This document shows positions 11,611 through 32,800 of a stretch of DNA of 40,764 nt, piece by piece. A program made the position numbers and the translations under genes. Every line of letters begins with the position of its first letter. Position 1 is the first letter of the stretch. The notes below the pieces were generated by a model. It did not search any database, was not told where the DNA came from, and saw only the letters and a program-made list of their open reading frames with translations. Origin of the DNA: Klebsormidium nitens (lineage: Eukaryota; Plantae; Klebsormidiophyceae); NCBI GenBank assembly GCA_000708835.1, contig DF237668.1, positions 1 through 40,764 of the forward strand. The letters run 5' to 3'.

Positions 11611-12102
11611 CTTCCGCGCCTTCTTCCTCGACGAGGCGACGCGAAGGGTAGTGCCTTCAAATTCAAAATTTCGCAGCGCGTGCAATAGAAGCCTTTCATG
11701 TACCTAGTGCTATACAGGGAGAGGAGAAGCTCCGAGAAGGGCAGTCCAGCACAAAAGTTGAAGCAGGTACTCTTTTTCAAATTTTCTGCAATTGCCACCA
11801 GCACCAATTTTGCTGCCAAGTTAGCTGCGAGAAGCGCCTTTCTTAGAAGGTGAAGGCCATTCCAAGCATTGGACCAACCTACTTTGCAGAGGAAGGTGCT
11901 CTTCGCATCCAGCAACAAAGTCGCCACCACTGTCGCCTCCAGAAAATTGGCCACTAGGCACCTCACACTCTTTTCTGAATTTTGCCAAAGACACCTGTAA
12001 TTCAGAACCAGATTCTTCCTCTCGAATTCCCTAGGTGTTCTACAATTGCGCCCCACAGCGCCCGCTTGACGCAGACGACAGCTTAAGATCCGCACCACCA
12101 TC

Positions 12103-21044
<8,942 letters not shown>

Positions 21045-22264
21045 GTAGAAGTTTGTTTCGATCAGGAGAAGGCACGCAGAGAAAATACGCGGCACGGATG
21101 CAAAGAACAGGGAAGAGGAAGCGAAAAGAAGAGTGATTGACCCGGTTCATAAGAGAGCAAAGCCCCTCCAAATTTGGCATATGTGCCTTGTTAAGAAAAT
21201 GACTGTTTAAGTATCAAGGAAAGCCCCTCCAAATGTGGCGTCTATGGTTGCGATACATAATGCTCATTAGATTACCCAGGAATAGCCGCAGCGTTGTATA
21301 TCAAACATGTCGGGAGATGATCCAGCTTCGATTTCCAACATGGTCGGTCAGCTTCCACTTCTCCTTTTTGAGATTTGTTTTCTGTAGTGTGATGCAGATT
21401 TTGATGCGAATTCCTATTTTGCCTGGGGATCCGTGAACACATGGACTCGGCCATTGTATTCGAAAAAGATCAATTTGGGAGGGGCGGGGCACTTGTGCAT
21501 ACCGGTGGCATACTTCAGTCCTATAAGTTTGGTGAGTGCTTCTGGCGATGTAGGAGATCATCCATGTGCGCTCATGCAGTGCTCACTGTGCACGTCGGAC
21601 CGTCCGTTAAGCACAAGTATTCGCGATCTACGGCTGCATGGCATGGTGTCTGAGAATCATGTTTGGGGTATGAAGCTAGAGTCCGGACCCCGCCGGTATC
21701 CACAGACCGGAAGGTACCTGCTCCCGTATAGTGCGTACAGCGGTACCATTTGAGAGGGATTGCCCAAATGAAGCAAGAGGCAATCAACGGTATTGCTGTG
21801 GCCCGGGATACGTACCCAGATGGTGAAACAGGGCACAAAATGCAATGATGAGAGGAGAATCTTTGCCAGTCAAAATTGCACAGAGGAATATTGACCGGTA
21901 CATACTCTCCGCCCGCTTATTGAGCCCCATGTTCGATGGGGGCTGCCGCCTCTCCGAGGCCCCCTGCTGATTCCTCTCTGGGCCTTTGTTTCGTCACATC
22001 TGTGTGACAGATCTAGATGTTGCCATTTTGCAGAGCGTGCTCAAACCGCGTCGAATCTTCGATCAAGGAGGCAGCTTTTTGAGCTTCTGCTGAGGTCGAG
22101 CGTTCCTCCGTGGATTGACTCGTGAGCTTGCAAAAGCCTTCGGCTTTGCCATGCCAGATGCTGGACAGCCAAGGCTCAGCCTGACTTTTTCAGTGGCGCT
22201 GCCCAGCGCCACTGAAACCTGTATCCAGCATAATTTTCCACATTGCACCGTCAGATTTGCAGCC

Positions 22265-25200
22265 ATGAGCGCCGACCCGCTCTATGTCGTGCAGAGTGTA
22301 GTGGCTCTCGGCAGGGGCATCAACGACGCGTTCCAGAACCTGAAGTTTCACAAGACGCAGGGGGGGGTTTTAAACAGCAGGATTCAGCGGCTGAGGGCCA
22401 GAGTGGAGGAGCTGCAGGGCAGGCGCGACCTGGCGCAGCAGTACGACGCGGCCCTGCACGCGTTGCAGCTCCAATTCAAGGCAGCTCTCCGCCTCTTCCA
22501 AGAATGCAGCAGGAGTAAAGTGTACCGGCTGCTGAACCACCAGAGGATCCGGGACGGGATCATCGACGTCAACCAGCAGATCACGTACTGTTTGGTGGAC
22601 ATTGACTTCATCGGCGGCGACATTGTCAATGCGTTCCGGAATGTCAACCCCCTGCGGTACGTGGACCCCCTGCTGGAGGGGGTGCGGCTCCCGAGCGCTG
22701 ACCTCAGCAGCCCCCGAGCGGTTCTGCGAGCTGTGACGCACCTCCAGCAGACAGGCGAGGTCACCGCACAGGATGTCGCCCAGTATCGGGCGGACCTGGA
22801 GGCGCTAGAACGGCAGAACAGGGAGTTGCAGACGCAGCTGAGCTCCGGGTGCGCCGAGGCCGACGAGAGCTTCATGGCGCAGGTCATCGGCCTGCTGAAG
22901 GAGCTCGACGAGCAGCTGCCGAGCCCGGGCGGGTCGGGGGAGCTGGAGGTTCCGGAGACTTACAAGTGCCCGATCAGTGGGGACGTGATGGGGGACCCTG
23001 TCATCATCGTAGAAACTTACATCACGTACGAGCGGAGCCAGATTGAGAAATGGTTCGGGTGAGCTCGGGGCCGATTGCTTTGCTCGCTTGTTCGAGGGTT
23101 CTGGCAACATGGATTGAGAGAGGGTTTTGAATGCCTGACAGGTATTGCGTACATTGGAATTGGGCATTCGTTCTTGACTCCAGCAGTGCACCCGCCTGTT
23201 AGGCAGGTAGTTATCCAAGTCCTCACTCTTGCCTCTATTGATTGGCAAGTTCTCCAGCTGTTCTAATGGGGGCCTCAGCACAGCAGTTTGCCTTTGTGGG
23301 TACGACTACATAGTATCAGCCAATGGCACTTGTTGAGTGTCTCGAATTTGATTCAGTAGTTGTTCTGTGGAGCGCTTTCCATCGATCATTTTGAAAGGTA
23401 TCTTCTTTTAATAGAGGGCTTGCTGATTGTATTCCTCTCATTGTTTGTGGGGACTCCCCTGTGGTTCTGGGTTGTTTCAATCAAAGCGTTGCTCTGTTTC
23501 CAACCTTATGCTACTTGTTGGTATGCAATTCCACCGGTTGTAAGGGTAGACTTGCTGTTGACGGCATGCACCAAGGCTTTGAAGTAGGCGATTACGCTGT
23601 TGACTCACAATGGGCCCTGAACACGTTCTGGCAACTTTCCCATGGCAAGGTGTTTGTGGGATGAAGAGCAGATGTCAACATAGTTCACAAAGTAGTGAGT
23701 ATTAAGGGGAGGTATGTATCCCGAAGCTGGTGTGTATCTCGGGCGCTCCCCCTCTACTTTCTACAACGCAACAAGTGGATTAGGGGTTTGGGTCTGCTGA
23801 ACATGCCTTACCTATCGCAGGAGGTGATTTGAGGTGTTGTGGGCAGAACATTGGTCAGAAGTATGGAAATAGGTATTGTTGCATAGCGTCAAATTGTTTT
23901 CAAGGCTGTTCTTATATAGAGTTTGAGCTCCCTTACATTTCAGCTGATACCAAAGAACCCCAGTCAACTCCTTTTTTCTTTCACAACAGGAATAAGCAGC
24001 GCGGTATAACCTAAACCAATGCCCCAAACATCTTCAAGCTGAACACCAAAAAGCACTGCCGAATGCTATCTGACTTCGACTTTTTTATCTGTATCTTGTG
24101 TGTAGAGACGGCCATCGCACCTGTCCCGTGACCAACCAGCACCTGGAGAGCACCCAGGTCATCCCCAACCTCTCCTTACGCGATCAGATTCAGGGGTGGG
24201 CCAGAAACGCTGGCGTGACGCTGAGGCCCCCAAGCGCGGAACCCCCCCCGCCGCCAAGCGTGGAGCCGGATCGAGCGCTCCCTCGCACTCTCTCCCGGCA
24301 AGACTCTGAGATCGCCCCGGCCCTCAAGCCCTTGGAGCCGCGCATCCGCCCCGGGATTTCCTTAGCCGGGCTCACAGACCTGGCCGAGGACGGGGATCCC
24401 CAGGCGCAGTTCGAGCTGGCACAGTGCTTCCTCGTTCCCGCGCGAGGCGCCCCGTACGACGCTCAGAAGGGGTTCAAGTGGGCCAAGAGGGCTGCCACAG
24501 GGGGAGTGCCCGAGGCGTGGGCGTTGGTTGCGGAGGGCTACTACCATGGCACGGGAACGGCGCAGAACGTTGAGGAGGGGATCAAGTGTGCGCAGAAGGC
24601 GGTTCAATTGCCGGAGCCGGCTGCCAAGTTCATTCTGGGGGAGGCGTATGAGGGCGGGTTGGGAGGGCTTCCGAAGGACCCAGAAACGGCGGCCGAGCTT
24701 TTTAAAAAGGGGCTAGGGGAACTTAAGCGGTGGGCGGACGAGCCCCCGAGGGATCCCCTCGCGCAACAGGCTTTGGGGCTGTTGTATTTGAATGGGCATC
24801 GGACTGAAAAGGACGAGGAGCAGGGGCTTATGTTGATCGGCAAGGCGGCGGCCCAAGGGGCGGTGGGTGCTAACGCCTTTCTGGGAAAGTATCACAAGCA
24901 GAAGGGCCAGGCGACAGCTTTCCCGTTCATCATGAGGGCCGCCGAGCAAGGCCACGCGGCGTCGCAGTATGTTCTGGGGAGCATGTACCAAAACGGGCAG
25001 GGCGTTACGCGGAAGCCCGCGCAGGCGTACGAGTGGTTCGCAAAGGCCGCAGCAGGGGGGAACGCGCTCGCACAGCTGGCGCTCGCAGAGTGCTTCGACG
25101 ACAGGGTCGATCCGATTAAGTACCTGACGCTCGCGGCGGATCAGGGCAATGCGGAGGCGGCGTATCAGTTGGGCATTCGCCGCTTGACTGGGAAGGGTGT

Positions 25201-25375
25201 CAAAAAGGACCGGAAGCTGGGCCTTGAGTTTCTTTACAAGGCGGCTGACCTCAACCACAAGGAAGCCAAAGAGTTTGTCAGGGCGGAAAGTTCTCCCAGG
25301 AGTGCGGGGCGCATGTGGAGGCGGGTCAAAGACAGCCTTCACACAGTCGCCGGGGCGGGAAAGGCATTCGTGTAA
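22265..25375 (+). CDS. U-box E3 ligase-like protein: N-terminal helical bundle (UND/MLKL-NTD-like) + U-box + Sel1-like repeats
   Basis: Exons 22265-23058 and 24106-25375, with a phase-2 intron inside the U-box (PETYKCPISGDVMGDPVI...YERSQIEKWFG|DGHRTCPVTNQHL...PNLSLRDQIQGW). The C-terminal half has multiple Sel1-like repeats (e.g. GHAASQYVLGSMYQNGQGVTRKPAQAYEWFAKAA). The N-domain call rests on the pattern RIQRL..VEEL..AL..L..A..LF.ECSRSKVYRLL. Confidence 0.85.
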
Positions 25376-26821
25376 AAGCTAGCTGTTCCTACGCCAGAGA
25401 CGATTGAGATCCAAAGTGGAGCAGCCACTGGCAAGTTTTAGGGAGTCCGTACTCCGGATGTATTTATAGGTACCGCTTGTACAGATCAGCATGGCTTTGT
25501 TTGCTGTACGGTTGCCAAGGCTTACCGTAGCTTTTGTAAATTACTATTTTTGACAGGCGCGTTTGTTGAGAGTTTCTACCGATAGCGGATAGTCAAAGGT
25601 TCATACTTGTATCGACATTGAACACGAAATCATAAGATTTATTGGTCCGTCGCAACATATGAGCGATCTAGCCAAGTAACTACTTGACTGGAAGACTTAA
25701 AAGGGACGCAAAGGCAGATTCTGTCGGAGCCTGATCAATTGGATAAATAAGCTCTATACTGGTATAATACGCCGTTCTTGCGAATCACCGTCTGCGTCCG
25801 ACAAGGTTGAGTCTTTAATTGATTGACTCAAGGTGGTCTAAGAGATTTAATGATTATATAATGTTGCGGCCGCGGGGCGCAGAGTAGTCGAGAAGGCAAC
25901 ACTGCATAAGTGCATGTTGGACCGTCGGACTGTTAGACTCGGAATGTTAGACAGTCGGACTGCCTGCATGGCAGCATGGAGCATATGTCCGGTTACACAT
26001 GCAAGCCTTGCCAGGAGCTCATGCTACGTCATGCAATCGATCGCTTAAGCTTCATGGTTAACATAAGATATGACTGGCGGCGGCCCTGGCATACCTGCAT
26101 GATCAAAATGTGACTCGTAATTAAGCTAAGTCGTAAGCTAATTCTATCTCGGCCACGTATTAGTAACTGTAGCGTAGCTAGCACGTCGATCATTCTGGCC
26201 CAAAGCCACTCAAGCTCGATCGAATGTTGCATGATCCCATCCGAGCCAAGTCATTTGTCCGGTCCCCGCGGCCATGCAGCCATGACGTGCGAATCCTGGA
26301 AGCTGCTTCTTAAGATGTTTACTGGAAGCCTGTATGAAGGGCACAACATCAATATCATATTCTGCCGACACCGTCGCACGTCGAGACGGTCACGCTAAAA
26401 GCATTTTAAGCCGCTCGCCATTGCAAATTGGTCGGAAGCACTAGCTGCAAATTTACGGATCCGATCCGACCTTGATCACAACGTTTGAGGTCAAACGTCT
26501 GGGGCATCGCCCATGCAGTGTGGCCGCCACTGAGGTTGTGTGCTTGAATGTAACAGCCTGTGAGTCATGGCACGATGACTCACACCGCATAACGTGCCTG
26601 GCCACCCTAATAGCGGCAATCTCCGCACTGTCATGAAAGCAATTTTAGTAAGCCTTACAATAATATACATGTATTCGCACAGTCCAAGCATGAGGCTGGC
26701 TGTCACTCGTCCACTAGCTTTGTCCTGATTCAACGCGTTTGAACATAAAACATAAGGCCCAAATACTATTTTCAACGCTGGACCAATGACGTAACATGTG
26801 TTAGCAACCCTGCCTCGACCT

Positions 26822-29800
26822 TCAAGGCTTCTTGAGGCTCCCAAGGAACCGCGTCATCGAGAAGCCCGCAGGGAGCGTGATGACGTCAGTCGGAGTCAGC
26901 AACGACGCGGGTGACGTGGGGGTGTTGGGAGTGGGCGCAACATACGTGGGCTGCTGACGTCTGATTGCCTATGGGAGGGAGGAGGAGGGTAAGCGAACAA
27001 TCCACTTTGCCAAGTGATTGTCCAAAGCTGGCCGTAAAAACAAGGCGGGTGGCAGTCGTTTGTTATGTTTACAAAAACAAATGGTACCGACAAGAATAAG
27101 ATTGGCATGAATGAAGGTAAGCACGGTCACCAAACCTGAACTCTTTCGTTTCCAATCTGATAGAAGCAAGATTCAGGATCGAACCTCAGAGCAACATGCA
27201 CAAAACTGGCGTTCTTCCGGAAGGCAATGCAGCGAACCGCTGAGGCAACCACTGACATAAAGAGCTGCACGGAGGGGTCTGACAGGAAGCTTTGCAGAGT
27301 ATTCCGCTGGGCGTTTTGCAGAAGGTGACCGAAGATGACATCAGCCGCACCTGGAGGATGACTTCGAGGCCGCGTGCCACGTCAGCCATGCGGGGCCGCC
27401 GCCGGGGCTCCGCCTGGATGCACTCGGCCGCGAGCTCGACCGCCCACTGGAGGGCGTCAGCGGGGAACTGGTCCTGCAATCAGGAAAAGACACATGTCAG
27501 GATACGACTCTGGGGGATGATTGGAAGAAGAAACATTTCAGAAAAAACGTTGGAAGTCACGTGTTGTTGTGTATGACTGGAGAGCAAAGAGCGCATGATC
27601 TTGCGACATAAGAGGGTGTCCGCATGGTTTTGACATGGAACGAAGCCACGTGTCAGATACTTGCTTCGACCGGAAAGTTGGCAGGGGAACATGGAGAGCG
27701 GGCATCTTACAAGGAAAAACTTCAGGAGGTAGAACTTGTGGAGCAAGAACCAGATATCGGCTGAGAGGGCATGATGTGTCGTGCCAACAATAACTAGGGC
27801 GCTTTCGTTTCATTTCTGCAGATAGTAACGCACGCCGAACGGAGCAACTTACTTGGATCTGGGGGTCGGCCATTCGCGCGAGGGGGCCGATCGGCCGCTC
27901 GCCGGTGTAGCCTGCCGCCCACTGAACGATGTCGAGGTCCTTGGAGATGACGGCGCGACGACCCGAGATGAGCTCCAGCAGAACCACGCCGAAGCTGTAC
28001 ACGTCATTCTTGTCGGTCACGTGCCCGTGGAGGTACCTGCGGATGCCACGTGTCCAGATTAGACTCCTGGGTTACGTCATGCGAGCGCGGATCTGGAAGC
28101 TGTGCTCGGCGGCCGTGCGAAGGTCGTGCGGGAGAACGTCACAGACGACGGAACACACGTCACGGAATACTTGCCTTGCTGACGTCATGTAACTACGGTG
28201 CTGAAGAAGGTTATGTTATGTGACGGTCCAAGCCCGTCCCACCGTTCAGCAATCAAAGAAAGCGAACGGAACGGAAGCGATAAAAAAGGTAAGCTGCCTA
28301 ACCTGGCACGAAGGTAAGCCATGAACCCCCCAGAGCTGGTTTGCACTGATTCGAAAGCAAACGCAGATTTGAGCAAACGAGGAGAACGGAAGGATTCAGC
28401 CCGGGCGGAACGGCTCACTCTGGCACCATGTACCCAACGATGACCAATAAGTTGGACACTTGCACACTTCGCAAAAGCTTGCGCAAAATGGTCGGTCAAA
28501 CCGGAACGGAAGGCAACGGAACTGGAAAAAAGCCGAACGGAATGGAAGGAACAAAACGGAACGGAACGGCTGCTCACTCTGGCGCCATGTAGCCCATTGT
28601 CCCGAACAGCTTGGTGGTCTGCGATTGGCCCGAGTCGTCCGACACCAGCTTGGCCAGTCCGAAATCGGACACTACAGCGTCGAGCTTTGCGTCCAACAAA
28701 ACGTTGCTGCTGTTGAAATCCCTGCAGAGGTGAAAAGAGAGAGGTGGATCAGGCTCTTGCGTTGGGTTTTTGACTTCAATGTCACTGCAATCTTGTCTTG
28801 CTTTCTTGTGGATTCCTCGTCTTCTTCTTTCTTAGATTTCCTTCCTCTCATTGCTCAGAAGGTGACGAACAGATTTTTGCTACCTTCTTGTTGGTTCGCA
28901 ATCGGAGAAGGCCTATTGACATTGAATTTACTCATTTTGACGCACAAATCCAATCGCATCATAAGAACCAGTCCGTTTGTTGCAACTCATCTCCAGAGTA
29001 AGTGCTGAAGCAGTGGGACAACGACGTCTGCTGACGTGTGCGTGACATCAGTCGGGCAGGTAATGATAGACTCGCCTGTGGATGACGGGTGGAGAGACCT
29101 CGTCGTGGAGGTATGCGAGGGCACGTGCCGCCTGATACGCTATGGTCATCCGCTGGTGGCAGTCAAGGGCGGCAGTACCGGGGTTCCTCTCTGGGAACCA
29201 CAATAAGAAGACGTTAAACAGGAGCACTCGGAAAAACAACTGAAAACAGTGGTCGAACGAACTTCCTCTGTCTGAGAGCTCACCGTTCGGGAAGAGTTTC
29301 CTGGGTCGAGGTCGCGTAATGACTACACCACAAAAAGGTCGCAGGTACTTTGCCTCTTGAAAGGATCAAAAGCGCAAAACAATCGTTGAACAGGCTTCAC
29401 TTAACATTCTAGTTCTCCAAGGGGAACATTGCTTCTTACTACCTTGTGTCAAAGTATGCCACAACACGTGGCATACTTTGACACATGTCAAAATGATGTC
29501 TTGGCCCACACGAGCCAAACCACTACCGGAAAATTCCAGGATCCGCTGACGTCACGCAAATTTCAGAACCTCAGAAAACGAACCCACCGTGCAAGCGCCG
29601 GAATAGGCTCTGGTTGACCATAAGCGGGTAGACGAGCGCGCGCTCGTATCTGTCGGCGCAATAGCCGATGAACTCCAGCAGGTTGGGGTGCTTCAGCCGG
29701 CTCATCATGTCCACTTCGACGCGGAACTGCTTCTCGCCCTGCAAGAAGAGCATCGCATCAGGTCTTACAGTCCTTCTAAGGAGGAAAATATGGAGCGACA

Positions 29801-32800
29801 TGATTATGATTGATCTTGAGGACCATGATCTCTTTTCTGCGCCCCTCCAAAACCCGAAAGGTTCTCAAAGCAACCCGGAAAAATAAACACTGCAACACCC
29901 AGGATGATAAGCTGACAGAACGGATGGAAGGAGAGCGCGGACTGCAGTTTGCAGTCCGAGACCCCCACACCGATTGGTACTCCGTGCGCGCGCAGCTGTT
30001 CAAGTAGCTGGGCTGGTTATGTTTGAGTCCCCGACCACTTCTGCGCGGCTGACCGGTCAAAGTTTCAGATCTGCATGCGGGGTCTGAGCCTTCGGTCGAC
30101 TCATCGGTCAGGAGTACCCCGAGGTTACGTTACTGTGAGGTTCCGTGAGTCACGCGTGCATCCCTGGCCTGCGTACAGGGGATTCTGATCGGTGTGGGGG
30201 TTCAGATTGGAAAACTGTAGTCCACGTTCTCCTTCCACGGGTTCTGACACCCCAAAAAAGACCTTACGTGCTGGCCCGGCTGCGCCGTCGCCTTCTCCAG
30301 CCGCTACACCTCAACCTCGCTTCTCAACAGAAAACCGAAACATCTTCATTCAAGTAACAAGTTCGAGACAAGATGCAGTCTTTTCAAGACAAAATGACGC
30401 CCCAAAACCCCTAAAACCACTTACATGCTTGCCCGGCTGCGCCGTCACCTTCTCGAGCCGCTTCACCGCAACTTCGCGCCCCTCCAAAACCCCGTAGTAA
30501 ACCCGGCCAAACCCGCCCTCGCCAATCAGCAGCGTCGGGCTGAAGTTCTGCGTCGCGCCCTGGAGCTCCTTGAACGTGAACAGCAGCGGAACGTTTCCGT
30601 TTCCGGTCGCTCCGTCCAGGCGGAACCGATCCCTGGAGGAACGCTGGCTGCCGGGCGTGGGCGTGTCAGCGTCGGGGCTGGACAGCGGGTAGTCGTTACC
30701 GTTGCCGGCGCCGTTACCGTTGGGGGTGCCGGCGTCAACGGAACCCTCGACGGAAGCGCGCTCAGCGTTCCGTTTCAGGACCTGCGGACGGGAAAGCACC
30801 TTTGAAACTGCATCTAGGAACTTGCAGGTTTGTATACAGTTGCTTTGACTTCTGAATTTTGGGTTTTTCCGGAAAAGGGGATGAAAAGAAGCTCGTACCA
30901 GGGAAGGATAGCTCGTGTCACACCCCTGTCACACAAGTAGAGCACCACCCAAAACAGCAAGCACAAGTATCGTCGCACGCATCCAGGTTTCATTTCGAAG
31001 AGGGATGCACATATTGTAAGTAGCTACCAGAAAAAGCAGCGACTGAACGTTTGATCAGGCCTCGGACCTGCTTCAAACGACGGCCTCTAACAGCTTCCAA
31101 CGACCCGCAAGCTTAGCTTTTCAGAAGGCGAAAGTTTCATCCGCTTATTTCGGTTTTGTCCCAGTACAACTTGCAATTACGCCGGCTTCAGCGACTTTCT
31201 CTTCATATTGTTTCTGGGCGACCACTTGACCTGATTCGCACTTCTCTAGCTAGTTGCCAAAAGAGGACCGGTACTTCGAAATTTGTAAACACGTTTCTCA
31301 CCTCGCCAATTGTGCCTTGCCTCCACATTGCCATGCCGCCGTTGCTAAAGTCGGCCACAGGCTTCAGCAGGCGAGAGCCGCTCCCGTCGCTCTTGTTGTC
31401 GATGCTTTCCGTGGATGTTTGGGAGGGGGTGCCCGCCATGGGGTAATACGACCCCCCCTTGGCGTCGAATGTGTACTCAGGCTTTGCGGGGTCTGCAGGA
31501 ATTACGCGGCTTTTCATTAGTGGGTGTCCCTCACGAAGCTGGAGTTGAAGCGTACCTTCGGAATGTTTTGTGGACTCATGGAAGGTTCGCTGTTCGACCT
31601 TGTTCCTTGCAATGGCTTGCAGAAACATACGGAGGGATGCGAGTTTCGTACATAGCTAGAAAACAGAGCTCTCTTACACGTTTGAGGTTTACAGATAGCG
31701 TCACAGTTCTCTCCGATCCTCTGAAACTCGGACACATGACCTACCGGCAAAGACTGTAGCCGGATCAATGACAGTCGAAGCGCCTGATGTGCAAACGCGA
31801 GGAAACCGGATGGCGCAACGCTGACTCTTTTGCCAACTGATGGCAAGGCAGCAAACAAAGGTCATTGAACACACCGAAATCCTTCAAACAAACGTCTCCC
31901 AAAACATAAGCAGGAGCCGAACGTACCCATAGGGGCTGGCCCCGACCCTGCGGGGGTGCTCTTATATACTCCGCCGGCAATAAGCGGGCCCCGGCTCCGG
32001 GCCATGCACTGGCGTTTTAGGTACCAGGCGAGAATGACGAGTACGACAATCCCCAGAGGAACGAAAATTGCGGTGACGATTGTGTCGGTCGTGGTCCAGT
32101 GGAAACCGCCGCCTGCAATGACAATCTGCCACGTGTCAGAGCGGCAAGGGCGCCCGAGTGCTGTAGCGAATGCTTGCTGTGTGGTGAAACTTTGCTGGGT
32201 CGAAAAATCCGCAGCCCTTCAGTGGATGTCTGCAGCAGTTTGCAGGATACTAGCTATGCAACCTTGCAATTCGGCGGCAACTTGGAGTTCCGTAACATCT
32301 GCTAGACGAGGTTACAAGCCAGATTAGAAAAGGATAAATCAAGGAAATCGTAGATAGGACGATCACAGCATGAGTCTGCATCCGGCAGACCGCACCAAAC
32401 AAGCTCTTCCCGATCCAAATGTCGCAAGTCTCGGTCCTAACAGGCTTTCTCCTTCAAAAACCCCTTGTGTTCATGAAGCAAGCCTGTCTCACCTCCGCAG
32501 TTCTCAACGCAAGAAGCATTTCCGTTTCCGTTTCCGTTGGCCCCCCCCACTCCGGCGGCCATAAGCGCAGCGCCGACCGGAGACATAGCCTGGGGGGGGC
32601 GGGGGGGCGGCTTTCGGATTCACGAGGCAGTAGACAGCGTTGGATGGAGTTTGGCAGAGCGGATTGCCGTCGTATCTGCGTTTGAAGATGGGAAACTTGA
32701 TTCTATGAAAGCGGCCGGATCGATGGGGAAGCTTTGATAAAAGTTGCTGGACTACTGAGTTACGAAAGAATGGTGGGGGCCGGTGTATGTGAAATGTGCT

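Noticed and set aside
21158-21239. Direct repeat AAAGCCCCTCCAAAT(T/G)TGGC in the copine 3' region
   Set aside because: A single 20-bp local duplication with no further structure.
22115-22264. N-terminal extension of the U-box protein given by the ORF track
   Set aside because: TTG start, and a TTTGCAG acceptor-like site lies just before GCCATG at 22265, so this is more likely 5' UTR/intron.
23105-23130. Weak echo of the U-box exon 3' end (GATTGAGAGAGGGTT vs GATTGAGAAATGGTT); similar weak matches near 28105 and 31060
   Set aside because: Matches of about 15 nt or less are within chance, so they were not counted among the echoes.
27186-27350. Read-through C-terminus of the kinase (VRLMSSS...)
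   Set aside because: A CAG|GTGCGG donor at 27350 and an in-phase GC-rich last exon at 26950-26822 fit better, though this needs transcript confirmation.
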